Assembly (NCBI GenBank): GCA_040755315.1
Contig: JBFMBF010000004.1
Span: 1 to 63,889, forward strand
Direction of reading: 5' to 3'
From: Candidatus Hadarchaeota archaeon
GTDB taxonomy: Archaea > Hadarchaeota > Hadarchaeia > Hadarchaeales > Hadarchaeaceae
Length of the DNA: 63,889 nucleotides
Of this stretch, positions 9,901 through 18,140 are shown piece by piece (within the stretch, counting starts at the first letter, position 1; each line of letters starts with the position of its first letter). The translations under genes and the position numbers were made by a program. A model generated the notes under the pieces. That model was not told the DNA's origin, did no database searches, and saw only the letters and a list, made by a program, of their open reading frames with translations.

Positions 9901-12220
9901 ATTTATTGTAAGTGTAAGCGCCGCCAACCGTGTAGGTATCCTGGCCGCTAACAAAGATGGTGCCACCGCTGGACGGAACCTCACCCCATAACCAGAGCTT
10001 TACCTGATATGGTGCGTTCTCCTGCTTGAGGCGTATTTCGGAGCCCGGGAACTGCAAAGCAATCGTGTAGTTGTCAGCGCTGTTGTTTTCCAGCCAGTTG
10101 TCGGTCCAAGCGTTGGATATTACATACCAGCCGGTGCTGTCGCTCAGCCCGGCGGCGATATGGTACATGCCCGATCTCCTGACGTTCACCTTAGCGTTGA
10201 CCACCAGCCAGTCATAAAGACTGTCGTTGTCTGAATCTATGTTTTCAGTCGTGTGCTGGCCTACGACGAATGAAGCAAATGGCGGGCTGAAGTTGTCGTA
10301 CTTGTAAGGCGTCGCGATCGTGTAATCATCCGAGCCGATTGTTTCCCAGGTTTGGGTGTTTAACCCGATGTACACTTTGTAAGGGGCATTTTCTTGCGAG
10401 TTTCGGATGGCGGAGCCGCTGAAGAAGAGGTCTATTGTGTATATGTTGCCGTTTTCCAGAGTGATAACGTTGTCTGCCCAAGTTATCCATTGCCAGTTGT
10501 TGCTGTGAATGCTCCCGTTGATGATGTAAGTGCCTGGTACCATGACCTGCACCTTGGCCGTCACGCGTAGATAGTCAAACTTCCCATCGCTGTCTGTGTC
10601 TATGCCCACATCGGTATGGTCTCCACGAATCAGAACAGCTGGCGACGGCTCGAACATGTCGTATTTGTACCCCAATATTGTGAGTGCATTGACATTTTCG
10701 TCCCACCACTGTGTGCTCGGGTCGTTCACGTTTAACTGCAGTTCATACTGGTCGTTTTCCCACGACTGGTAGATTTGGTAACCAGTAAACTTCAACTCAA
10801 CCTGGTATGTTCCAGATGTGGAGTAATAATTATCGGCCCAGGCCTCTGCGATCTTGTAGGACCTGCCGGCGTTGAACAGGTCCCCGTGGACATTGTACTG
10901 GCCGGGCTGATACACATCTATTTTGGCTTTCACCACCAGATAATCGAACTTGTTATCATTGTCTGTGTCTATGCTCTCCGAGGTGTGTGGCGAGTTTTCC
11001 TCCGTTCTGATTTCCACAGGAGGAGCCTGGAAACTTGACCATTGATATGGCTGGGTCCACGAGTTGTCAAAGCTCAGCTGAACGTTGTTCTGATCGTTGA
11101 GCCGAACCTCGACGAAATAGGGGCCGTTGGCTTTATTGCTGAAAATCCTGCGGCCATCGAATGATATCGTGATTGTATTTTCAGTGGGCGAGAAACTTAC
11201 GGTTTTGTCCTTTATCTCTATGTTAAATCTGTTCTGATTGTTCCAGCTGTCCGTCCAAAGCTCGGCGTGGATGTTGTATGTGGCGGGGATATTTACTTTT
11301 GCCTGTACGGTCACAATCAAATTTTCATTTTCATCGTCGGTGTCCCCATTAAATGGTGCATGAGTTACAGAGAGGATTTTCGCCGGTAGGACCTCGAAAC
11401 TTCCGTAAAAGTATGGGTAGTTTATGAAATAATCAGAACGATCTATGAACACATTGTTGCTGTTATCCACAAATATTTCTGCAAAGTATGGGCCGTTTTC
11501 CTCAAAGTCGTTTATGTGGCGGCCGTCGAAGTTCACGAACGTGGTGTTGATGCCAGGAGACATCCAGACCGTGTTGTCAAACGATGTTATTTTTGTGCGG
11601 TTGTCAACGTTGTCGTTGTCGTACAAATCCGCGCGCACCTTGTAGTTGTCATACTTTTTGACTTCAATCGGGACGGTCAACCTCAAATAGTCCTGCAAAT
11701 TATCCACGTCGATATCCAGGACGTTGTCAGTGACCCCCTGCAATATTTTCGCCGACACGACCGCCGTGTTTTCATACTTTGTGAATGTGCTGGATGCACT
11801 GTCAATTGTGGTTACAGCCCACGTGTAGTCCCATCTTGATGGCGACGAAAGCGGCGGCGGCCGGGCATAGAACCTGAAAGGCGGACTCCACTGCCCTGAA
11901 CCGACCGTGGAGCCTGAGCTCCCGTAACGAACGTTTTCGCCGTCGTAGCCCTGCCATTGCCACCCCACAGGGGTGTCATTCTCAGATATATTGTCAAAGC
12001 CGAACGGCACCTTTATGATGATGTTTTCTACATTGTCCGGCCCATTGTTTAAAAATTGGACCGTTATGATGTTGGTATTGTTTTCAAGGAGCGTGTCGGG
12101 TTGAATGGCGTCCTGCTCGCCAATGCTATGGACTGCCACAGTCAGCGGAGAAAACAGTAAAGTCGAAATTATTACGAGCGCGAACGCCGCGGTTGCCTTT
12201 TTCAGTGGACCTTCGCCCAT
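6953..12220 (-). CDS. giant secreted repeat surface protein (9 modules, two PGF-pre-PGF-like domains, CARDB-like domain, C-terminal TM anchor)
   Basis: Signal peptide. Nine modules paralogous to those of 3468..6938, e.g. GDHTDVGIDTDSDGKFDYLRVTAKVQV..PGTY...NAPYKV. Two segments end in NTPGFSWFVI and TTPGFSVFAV. A poly-Pro linker (PPPPPPPGGPPG) and a CARDB-like segment (ATITFTIRNSGGASGTYTV) are present. The C-terminal anchor matches that of the downstream paralog. Only 14 nt separate it from the next gene, so the two are probably co-transcribed. Confidence 0.8.
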   Translation of the reverse strand: MGEGPLKKATAAFALVIISTLLFSPLTVAVHSIGEQDAIQPDTLLENNTNIITVQFLNNGPDNVENIIIKVPFGFDNISENDTPVGWQWQGYDGENVRYGSSGSTVGSGQWSPPFRFYARPPPLSSPSRWDYTWAVTTIDSASSTFTKYENTAVVSAKILQGVTDNVLDIDVDNLQDYLRLTVPIEVKKYDNYKVRADLYDNDNVDNRTKITSFDNTVWMSPGINTTFVNFDGRHINDFEENGPYFAEIFVDNSNNVFIDRSDYFINYPYFYGSFEVLPAKILSVTHAPFNGDTDDENENLIVTVQAKVNIPATYNIHAELWTDSWNNQNRFNIEIKDKTVSFSPTENTITISFDGRRIFSNKANGPYFVEVRLNDQNNVQLSFDNSWTQPYQWSSFQAPPVEIRTEENSPHTSESIDTDNDNKFDYLVVKAKIDVYQPGQYNVHGDLFNAGRSYKIAEAWADNYYSTSGTYQVELKFTGYQIYQSWENDQYELQLNVNDPSTQWWDENVNALTILGYKYDMFEPSPAVLIRGDHTDVGIDTDSDGKFDYLRVTAKVQVMVPGTYIINGSIHSNNWQWITWADNVITLENGNIYTIDLFFSGSAIRNSQENAPYKVYIGLNTQTWETIGSDDYTIATPYKYDNFSPPFASFVVGQHTTENIDSDNDSLYDWLVVNAKVNVRRSGMYHIAAGLSDSTGWYVISNAWTDNWLENNSADNYTIALQFPGSEIRLKQENAPYQVKLWLWGEVPSSGGTIFVSGQDTYTVGGAYTYNKFEEPAAYIEDSGHSDYAEDTGGAADNDYLVVVVKVKVKENGIYTVNGSLNSSTWDFIGWAENTLYLTTSDNEVRLRFSGQQIRVSGKTPSRANFNLLGANWQWLGWKEYFLSGSYSPSGFVQPPAAFGTGHTYAGVDNDGDTKYEYLAANVNLNITTAGTYRIFADLSKQVGANPWDRKWIDWAETSVYLSAGTPTVTLLFRGPQIYNSGENAPYEVKVFLYGPNWEWYGENKIDIAGFNYNNFQAPSIEFSSPHATSALDTDNDGLYNYLVENIRVKVNRAGNYRIGGVIATMSQWGGPDRFMSFAITEVNLSAGDNQIVQLTFDASRIYSSRENGPYFVGIGLFDNNFNPITRTEATTPAYTYNQFEQPIAELNPPHSDYGIDNNPSDNDNRFDFIEIKVRVKIKENGTFTLAGQIWYENWSAMERQPIDWRENRVYLTAGDREVTLRFDGYGVVKNNVQGKMYAEIVLLNESNAVLDLTIPAYETNFYSYTSFKPTKTGKFAIAADLPVPTVPAGQTATVDVEDNDMNNVMRVDITARDNLTGAKMDVTEHENKPPGAPSPTGTSLGYLDITMIGSENVRTATIHFKVKKSVIAALNLDPDNLNLMHYNENMGVWEALETTLENEDNEYYYYSANTPGFSWFVIIGKVSQGEESPPPPPPPGGPPGAQTLTPQATFEFSVFNIPDSIKIWEKATITFTIRNSGGASGTYTVILSLDNQIMETRDLTLAAGESQNVSFEVVPTATGTFVIQIAGQTSSLVVAPLVTVTQDLVSITAPEVYASKINIDAPAVLEISETSITQIVVSVSKEVSNIVLKVKQLIDKPPQIETPDGTVYTYLEILAEKLPNSDISSALVTFRVEKSWVSRENIDITTIVLKRYTSAGWQTLATEKSGEDDNYIYFTATTPGFSVFAVSGSKAGATTAGPGITPTLPTLPTVQIPPVYLVIITAIVLVAVILAVIWRYISIGTRGLAKQEARRKI

Positions 12221-12283
12221 GTCATGCCTCCATCTTCAATCCCTATAGCTGGCAGGGAGTAAAAGTGTAGTCTGGAACCGGCT

Positions 12284-12300
12284 GTTTCACTGACTGAAAC
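12284..12300. promoter_or_regulatory. inverted repeat GTTTCA-N5-TGAAAC in the divergent intergenic region
   Basis: A perfect 6-5-6 palindrome read directly. It lies ~13 nt upstream of the TATA-like element of the wHTH regulator gene, between that gene and the giant surface-protein operon. Confidence 0.25.
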
Positions 12301-12312
12301 GGTGAAAAACCG

Positions 12313-12319
12313 TTTATTA
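12313..12319 (+). promoter_or_regulatory. TATA-like box (TTTATTA) preceded by a purine-rich BRE-like GAAAAAC
   Basis: Centred ~31 nt upstream of ATG 12347. This is consistent with a leaderless or short-leader archaeal transcript. Confidence 0.3.
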
Positions 12320-12346
12320 GTTTATGCTTAGCTCTATTGGTGGCCT

Positions 12347-13333
12347 ATGAGGCTAAAAACGGCTCTGCCAGCAGTATTCCTGGCCGTTCTGCTCGTCCCC
12401 GCGGTCGGCGCACAGACGCAGTTCCAGATAAACTGGTTTGACTCCGGCGTGGAGATTTCTGATAACTCCGGGCTGGAAAAAGCCGCGATGGAATACACAA
12501 TACTGCAGCAGGGCGAGAATTTGAGCGACATCCTCGAGATATGGGCGCCAATTTCCAATGTCAGCGTCAGAGACTCTGCAGGGATTCTAACGCACACAGA
12601 TAACAGCTCCGAAAACTGGTCTAGGGTGACCTTCTACTTCCGGAGTGGACTGGCAGCAGGGGACCGCTCGACCGTGACGATTGAGTTCACAAAGACAGTC
12701 ACGCCTGCAGAAAATGGAAAGTCGTACACTGTTGGATACAGGTGGAGCAGGGCGCCGCTGACTTCCCGCACCATAACCAAGCTTCCCAGAAACAGCGCGC
12801 TGCTTGGCACGGAAGTAACTCCATCTTCTGTATACACATCTGACGGCGCCCTTAATGTCCGGTGGTTCAAGGTTTTGGAGAACTCTTTCAAAAGCTGGGT
12901 AACTTTTGAAGAAAGCGTCGCGCCCCCAAGCGAAAATTCTGCAACACCGCCACAAACAGGGGATGATGTCCCTGTCCCCGCGCTGATTGCGGCGATTATC
13001 TTGTCGTTTCTGTTAGCTGGAGTAATCATTTACAAGGCAAGGCCGAAGCCGCAACCCGGCAGAGTGGCCGAGCAAAAGTTGCCAGTTTCTCCTGAAGAAG
13101 TAAAGAAAATACTGACGCTTCTGACGGACAACGAGCGGGCTGTTACCAACCATCTTCTGAGGCAAGACGACATGGCGCAGAAGGTTTTGTGCGAGAAGAC
13201 CGGAATACCAAAGGCCACAATGTCGCGCACGATAAAAAGCCTTGAAGCCAAGAAAATAGTCAAGCAGACAGGACACGGTGCTTGGAAGAGGGTGCACCTG
13301 ACAAGATGGGCAAAGCAGTGGAAGTCCGAATGA
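12347..13333 (+). CDS. membrane-anchored winged-helix transcription regulator (signal peptide, ectodomain, TM, cytoplasmic wHTH)
   Basis: N-terminal signal LPAVFLAVLLVPAVGAQ, a ~190-aa ectodomain, a Pro-rich linker and the TM ALIAAIILSFLLAGVIIY. The C-terminus is a MarR/ArsR-like wHTH: ERAVTNHLLRQDDMAQKVLCEKTGIPKATMSRTIKSLEAKKIVKQ. Confidence 0.7.
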   Translation: MRLKTALPAVFLAVLLVPAVGAQTQFQINWFDSGVEISDNSGLEKAAMEYTILQQGENLSDILEIWAPISNVSVRDSAGILTHTDNSSENWSRVTFYFRSGLAAGDRSTVTIEFTKTVTPAENGKSYTVGYRWSRAPLTSRTITKLPRNSALLGTEVTPSSVYTSDGALNVRWFKVLENSFKSWVTFEESVAPPSENSATPPQTGDDVPVPALIAAIILSFLLAGVIIYKARPKPQPGRVAEQKLPVSPEEVKKILTLLTDNERAVTNHLLRQDDMAQKVLCEKTGIPKATMSRTIKSLEAKKIVKQTGHGAWKRVHLTRWAKQWKSE

Positions 13334-13342
13334 CGGCCCTGC

Positions 13343-14464
13343 TCACGGGATTATCTCGCAGCCATTATACCTAGTGAACTCGAAATCTTTCAGTGAAACC
13401 ACTTCATCCTCGATGAGCCTGTTTATCCTTGGCAGCTGTTCGGCCACCGAGTCTGCGAGAGCACGAACTGTGCTGCAGACCAAGCTGTATTCCTCATCAC
13501 CCCACCTCTTGAAAACGTTCGAGTAAAGGCACCGGCCGCCACAGAAGTTGAAAACATCACACGACTGGCACTTGCCCCCAACAAAAACTTTTTTCAATTT
13601 TAATGGGTCGGCGTCCGAAATATGGCCCAGGTAGAAGTCCCTCATTCCCCACATGCTCGGGCATGGGATTATCCTGCCGTCTGTTTGCACAGCGTAGTTG
13701 ATCCACCCTGAGCCGCACGGCAGCACCCCTCTCCCATCCGCAAACATGAGAAATCTGAGCGCGCCCAAGAATGGATAAAGCTTCGGCACAGTTCCGCCGC
13801 TTTCTATTTTGTCAACCCAGGAGCCGGCGAGCCTGCGTATTCCGGGGTTGTAGCTCTGCTCAACCCACCTCTTGAAGTCCCTCCTCCTAAAATCATCCCA
13901 GAAGCCGGCGTTGAGCTGCCAGTGAACAGAGGAAAAGCTGAACTCGTCGTTATCCAGCAGCCACTCTACCTGGCGGCGAATGTCGGTCTGCTCCATCACG
14001 GTCATCCTGGCGATCAGCTCTCCTCCAAAACCCTCGCGTTTTATTCGATGCAGGTTTTCCACAACTTTTTTGAAAGTTCCTTTTCCCCTGTAAAAATCCG
14101 TAAGCGCCTCGTCTCCGTCTACTGAAACTGCAATCGTGTGAAGCCTGTTGATGTACTCCGGGCCCAAGCGGTCAAGAAGCATGCCGTTTGTTTGGATTAA
14201 GAAACGCTTGGCGTTTACATTATCCATTATTTTTTTGACATCTTCTGTGCAGAGCAAAGGTTCTCCACCGTAAAAAATCAGGGAGCAATCCAGATCCTGC
14301 CTGCAGAACTTGTCCAACTCTTCAACACTGTAGGTTATCCTTTCAGGCAGATGGTGGTCAACTGGACCATGTGGAGCAAGGCCGAAGTCCATGTTGGCCT
14401 CCCCAAAGCAGTATTTGCACTGCAGGTTGCATTGGGTCGTCAATATCAGGTGAAAAAACATCAC
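13343..14464 (-). CDS. radical SAM enzyme with C-terminal SPASM/twitch-like Cys cluster
   Basis: CxxxCxxC near the N-terminus (TTQCNLQCKYCFGE). C-terminal Cys-rich region ..IIPCPSMWG...GGKCQSCDVFNFCGGRC. I recall archaeal AF0577-type putative peptide-modifying rSAM enzymes looking like this, but I could not verify it. Confidence 0.8.
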   Translation of the reverse strand: MMFFHLILTTQCNLQCKYCFGEANMDFGLAPHGPVDHHLPERITYSVEELDKFCRQDLDCSLIFYGGEPLLCTEDVKKIMDNVNAKRFLIQTNGMLLDRLGPEYINRLHTIAVSVDGDEALTDFYRGKGTFKKVVENLHRIKREGFGGELIARMTVMEQTDIRRQVEWLLDNDEFSFSSVHWQLNAGFWDDFRRRDFKRWVEQSYNPGIRRLAGSWVDKIESGGTVPKLYPFLGALRFLMFADGRGVLPCGSGWINYAVQTDGRIIPCPSMWGMRDFYLGHISDADPLKLKKVFVGGKCQSCDVFNFCGGRCLYSNVFKRWGDEEYSLVCSTVRALADSVAEQLPRINRLIEDEVVSLKDFEFTRYNGCEIIP

Positions 14465-14478
14465 ATCACTGAACTGTG

Positions 14479-14820
14479 TTAACGGCTAGGCCTGCGGTTT
14501 TTGACCATGCCGTATTTCAGCTTTGCAGTGAGAAGCAGGGAAAGAAGAAGCATGTTTGCGCTGTTCCACAGGGTCACCGATGCTAAACCAAGCAATATCC
14601 CGTAACTCAACCAGCATATGACACCTGCCAAGACCAACACTGTGAATGGGAGGCTTATCTCGCGCGCGCTCTTGAGCCTCCAGACGCGGATTACCTGGGG
14701 GATGTACCCGAGCGCCACGATTGCGCCCGCCACCAATCCAAGGAGCTCTACCTCTGACATTTTATTCGCCAAACAAACTTGTTTTGTTCCAGATAAAAGT
14801 TGGGTGACGACACCAGCCAT
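14479..14820 (-). CDS. SemiSWEET / PQ-loop 3-TM sugar transporter
   Basis: PQ motif LGYIPQVIRVWRLKSAREIS and three predicted TM helices. An alternative ATG at 14760 would give a 93-aa protein, the typical SemiSWEET size. Confidence 0.65.
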   Translation of the reverse strand: MAGVVTQLLSGTKQVCLANKMSEVELLGLVAGAIVALGYIPQVIRVWRLKSAREISLPFTVLVLAGVICWLSYGILLGLASVTLWNSANMLLLSLLLTAKLKYGMVKNRRPSR

Positions 14821-14830
14821 ACTACAATTG

Positions 14831-15454
14831 TTAAGAATCCTTGTCCAAAAGTCCCTTAACTTTACTGATTACCTTTTCCACTTCTTCTTCCCGCTTTTCA
14901 AAGTCAGCATTTTCATTTTCCGCAATCAGGACCGGAATCTTGACGTGCTTCTGCAGCGCCTTGTAATCGTCGCGAGAGTAAGTCTTTTCCATTTCTTCCC
15001 GTGAAACAAGGTGGGAATCCAGCCCGCGCTCGCGCTCCTCCTGCACCCGGCGGACATTGCGCGCCCAGCAGGCTTCAAACGAGGCATTGATGTAGATGAT
15101 CAAAGAATTTTCCATGACCTTAGGACTGAAGTTCTTGAATGCGCGGACATAGCTGTCCCGCGAGAACTCGATGAAAAGAAGGCGGTCGGGGCGCTGAAAC
15201 TCCAAGGCCTGTTTGTCGAGTCCTTTTATGAGATCATCCCACACGGTGTCGTCTGTGACCTTCAGCCCGCCACCCGGGGCAGGGCGCGAACGCTTGTGCT
15301 CCGTGTCTGTGTCAAAAATGTTCTTGAGAATCGGAAAGTCGTCGATCCTCTTGAACTCTCCCTTGAACCCGCTGTCGCGGAGTTTTTTTTCAATTGCCCG
15401 GAAGACGGCCGACTTCCCGCATCCAGGCCTGCCAATCAAAAAGATGTTGGGCAA
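14831..15454 (-). CDS. P-loop NTPase / small-molecule kinase-like protein
   Basis: Walker A motif at the N-terminus (IFLIGRPGCGKSAV). Length of 207 aa. Only 4 nt lie between it and the upstream TIM-barrel gene. Confidence 0.6.
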   Translation of the reverse strand: MPNIFLIGRPGCGKSAVFRAIEKKLRDSGFKGEFKRIDDFPILKNIFDTDTEHKRSRPAPGGGLKVTDDTVWDDLIKGLDKQALEFQRPDRLLFIEFSRDSYVRAFKNFSPKVMENSLIIYINASFEACWARNVRRVQEERERGLDSHLVSREEMEKTYSRDDYKALQKHVKIPVLIAENENADFEKREEEVEKVISKVKGLLDKDS

Positions 15455-15458
15455 AACT

Positions 15459-16430
15459 TCACCCTAGAATCTGGCGCAAAAATTCGTTCTCGCAGCGCAT
15501 GATTTCGTTCCGACGCAATATCTGATCCTTCGTCTTGACCGCGGTTTCAATCACTATCAGCTCCGCGCCTTTCTCCTTCACCAGCTGCGCGTAGCGGATC
15601 AAGTTGTCCCGCTTGAGGAGCCCGACCTCCTCCTGCAGCGGCGGGTGGAAAAGTTTCTTGACTGGCACATAGTCGTTCAGGTGGAGCTCCTTGAACATGC
15701 CGTCAGGTATTTTTTTGATGACATCCTCGGGCGGGTCAGGGACAGGCCTGCCGACATCGGCGCGGGTGAACCAGTGGCCTATGTCAAGGTTGAAGTAAAT
15801 CTTTACGCCATTCTGCCTGACTTCGTCTACCACGCTGCACACATCCTCTGGCTCGAAGAATGCCCCGTCGAAGGCCGTGTTGTTCTCGAGGTGAAACGAA
15901 ATCCCCTTTGAAGATGCGAGGCTCCCGAGCTCAATCATACTCTTCACCAGACTTGACCTGATCATGTCGTGATACTTGCCGACAGCGTGATAGAATGGCA
16001 CGACGCCCGGGTGGATGACGCAGTACTTGCATCCTATGCCGGCGGCGAACTCGAGGTACTTCTTGTGAAGCTCGACGGATGCCTTGCGGTCCTCATTGTA
16101 TGGGGCACAGACGCTTCCACCTACGTATGTATATGGATGGTGGAGCGAGAGGGTTATCCCGGCCTTCTTTGCCGCCTCCTTGGCGTTTTTCTTTTGCTCT
16201 TCCGTGAAGCCCAGATAAGGGTTGGGAACGGCACCATCCAGCTCCACATGGTCCAGTCCCTGCCTTTTGGCCTCGGCGACCTGCCCGGCTATGTCTCCCT
16301 TGGCGGGGACCTGCACTGTGGCGTCCATGTCCGCCACGGAGATCTCCCCAGCTTCAAGCTTTCTCTGGTCGTCCGGGCTTAGGTACCCGAAATACAGAAG
16401 GTTTGTAAAGTCCCTTCCGAGCTTCATCAT
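15459..16430 (-). CDS. sugar phosphate isomerase/epimerase (xylose isomerase-like TIM barrel)
   Basis: Family-like motifs: HVELDG near the N-terminus, CVIHPG, FHLENN and LDIGHWF. Confidence 0.7.
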   Translation of the reverse strand: MMKLGRDFTNLLYFGYLSPDDQRKLEAGEISVADMDATVQVPAKGDIAGQVAEAKRQGLDHVELDGAVPNPYLGFTEEQKKNAKEAAKKAGITLSLHHPYTYVGGSVCAPYNEDRKASVELHKKYLEFAAGIGCKYCVIHPGVVPFYHAVGKYHDMIRSSLVKSMIELGSLASSKGISFHLENNTAFDGAFFEPEDVCSVVDEVRQNGVKIYFNLDIGHWFTRADVGRPVPDPPEDVIKKIPDGMFKELHLNDYVPVKKLFHPPLQEEVGLLKRDNLIRYAQLVKEKGAELIVIETAVKTKDQILRRNEIMRCENEFLRQILG

Positions 16431-16515
16431 CTCAAAGTGAGTCTGAGCGAGGTTTTAATAGCCTTCCGAGTGGGCCACGGGGCGGCAAAACTTTTGATAC
16501 CGCGCTTGGAAGGAT

Positions 16516-18087
16516 GTGGTGAGGATGATGCCTAAAACTGCCTGTGCTCTGGCCCTCGCGGGGATTTTTCTCCTAGCCGCCATGCCGATTGCCGGCGCTC
16601 AGGAAGCACCGGTCGAGCAGGAGATCATGTATGACTTCACGTCCCCGGAAAACGTGGCGCTCCACGTTCGCTCAGTTTATTACGATGAATTTCTGGTCCA
16701 GGATGTCTACTGGAGGGCCAAGATAGACTTGCTCAGGTACATCGAAGAAATGGAGAACTCGTGCAGGGTAGCTTGGTGGAGCATTGAAAATATTGATGTT
16801 AAGTTCGAAAACTTCATGTTCGACGCGTTTCCCCTGACCCAGGAGCTGGTGATAAGGGGCCGCCTGCGCCTGGAAAACACCAGCGACAATCTACCCAAGC
16901 TCAAGATCCGTAAAACCGAAGAAGGAAGGAAGGGCACTATCACGCTGAAGTTTCCGGCCGGTTACCTCGCGCTTGGTGACCCGCTACCTAAAGAAAGGCG
17001 CAGGGAGGCCAATCGCGACATCCTGGTGTACAGTTTTGAAAACTTGGTGGAGCTTACCGCTTTTTTCAGCTACGAAAACTCTGGTCTAGGAAAGGCGTAC
17101 TTGGGACACAAAAGCAGCGGCGACGGGATTTTGCTCCTGCTCCAAGTGGTCGGGATAGTAGCTCTGACTGTTCTCAGGGTAACCATAGTGAAGAAACGGG
17201 AGAAAAGCGGGGCTGCGAAGTTCCTCAAGTCCAAATTCATTGGTATGGTCGTGGCTCTGAACGGCCTTCTTCTCGTCGCCGTCGGGCTTGTCAGGCTGAG
17301 CATCCTTAGCACCATCCCCTTTTTCTTTGGGGCACTCGTTCTTCTGCTGGCTCTCAATCCAAACACAATTTTCAACTTGCTGCTGAAGGCCAGGGCGAAT
17401 CTTGACCCTACCAAGCCTGCCCACCACATCCTTGTTTTAATTTACCTGAACCTTTTGTGGCCATTCGTGTCCCTGACCGCGATGGTTTTGACAAACGCGG
17501 AGTTCCGGAGGGCGCTCGCTCTTGTTGTGTCTTGGCATGAAATCTGGACTCTGATGCCATTCGCGGTGGTGATTCTTTCCCTGGCTTTCTTCGTGAAATT
17601 GGGGTTCAGCTTTTCGCTCCGCAAGAGAAAGCGCACGGCAAAGCTCAGGGAGAATGTCCTGGCCCTAGTGAACAAGCTGAGCCTGGCGAGGAAAAAAAAG
17701 CTGCGCAAGGATTTCCTGCTTGGATTTTCCGGCGCGTTCATTCTCTTCATCCCGGTGGCCATAACCCTGTTTATCTTGGGCCGAGCTTCTGTTTACGAAG
17801 GCCTCCTGAGCGGACCTGGCGTTGCTAACGCTGTGGTGATTGCCATTTGCGCCGGCTTCGGAGGTGAATTCCTTTTCAGGGGATTGCTCCAGCCAAAGCT
17901 TGGAATGGCGCTGACATCACTCCTCTTCGGGGTTTTCCACGGCGTCTACGGTTTCTTCCCCAACGTTGTCCTAGCCGCATTCGCTGGAGTGGTGTTGGGC
18001 AGCATTTACAAAAAAAGGCAGAACATCTGGAGCCCCGCCATTGCCCACTCCATTTTCATTTTCCTTTTTCTGATGGTTCTAATTTGA
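16516..18087 (+). CDS. CPBP (CAAX/Abi) family intramembrane protease with N-terminal secreted domain
   Basis: Signal peptide, a ~190-aa ectodomain and multiple TMs. C-terminal CPBP motifs GGEFLFRGLLQ, FGVFHG and AHSIFIF. Starts at GTG 16516, or ATG 16525. Confidence 0.7.
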   Translation: MVRMMPKTACALALAGIFLLAAMPIAGAQEAPVEQEIMYDFTSPENVALHVRSVYYDEFLVQDVYWRAKIDLLRYIEEMENSCRVAWWSIENIDVKFENFMFDAFPLTQELVIRGRLRLENTSDNLPKLKIRKTEEGRKGTITLKFPAGYLALGDPLPKERRREANRDILVYSFENLVELTAFFSYENSGLGKAYLGHKSSGDGILLLLQVVGIVALTVLRVTIVKKREKSGAAKFLKSKFIGMVVALNGLLLVAVGLVRLSILSTIPFFFGALVLLLALNPNTIFNLLLKARANLDPTKPAHHILVLIYLNLLWPFVSLTAMVLTNAEFRRALALVVSWHEIWTLMPFAVVILSLAFFVKLGFSFSLRKRKRTAKLRENVLALVNKLSLARKKKLRKDFLLGFSGAFILFIPVAITLFILGRASVYEGLLSGPGVANAVVIAICAGFGGEFLFRGLLQPKLGMALTSLLFGVFHGVYGFFPNVVLAAFAGVVLGSIYKKRQNIWSPAIAHSIFIFLFLMVLI

Positions 18088-18140
18088 CCGCGAGCGGCCC
18101 CAAACTTATTAAGCCACATGCTTTATCAAAAAGTGGTGAT

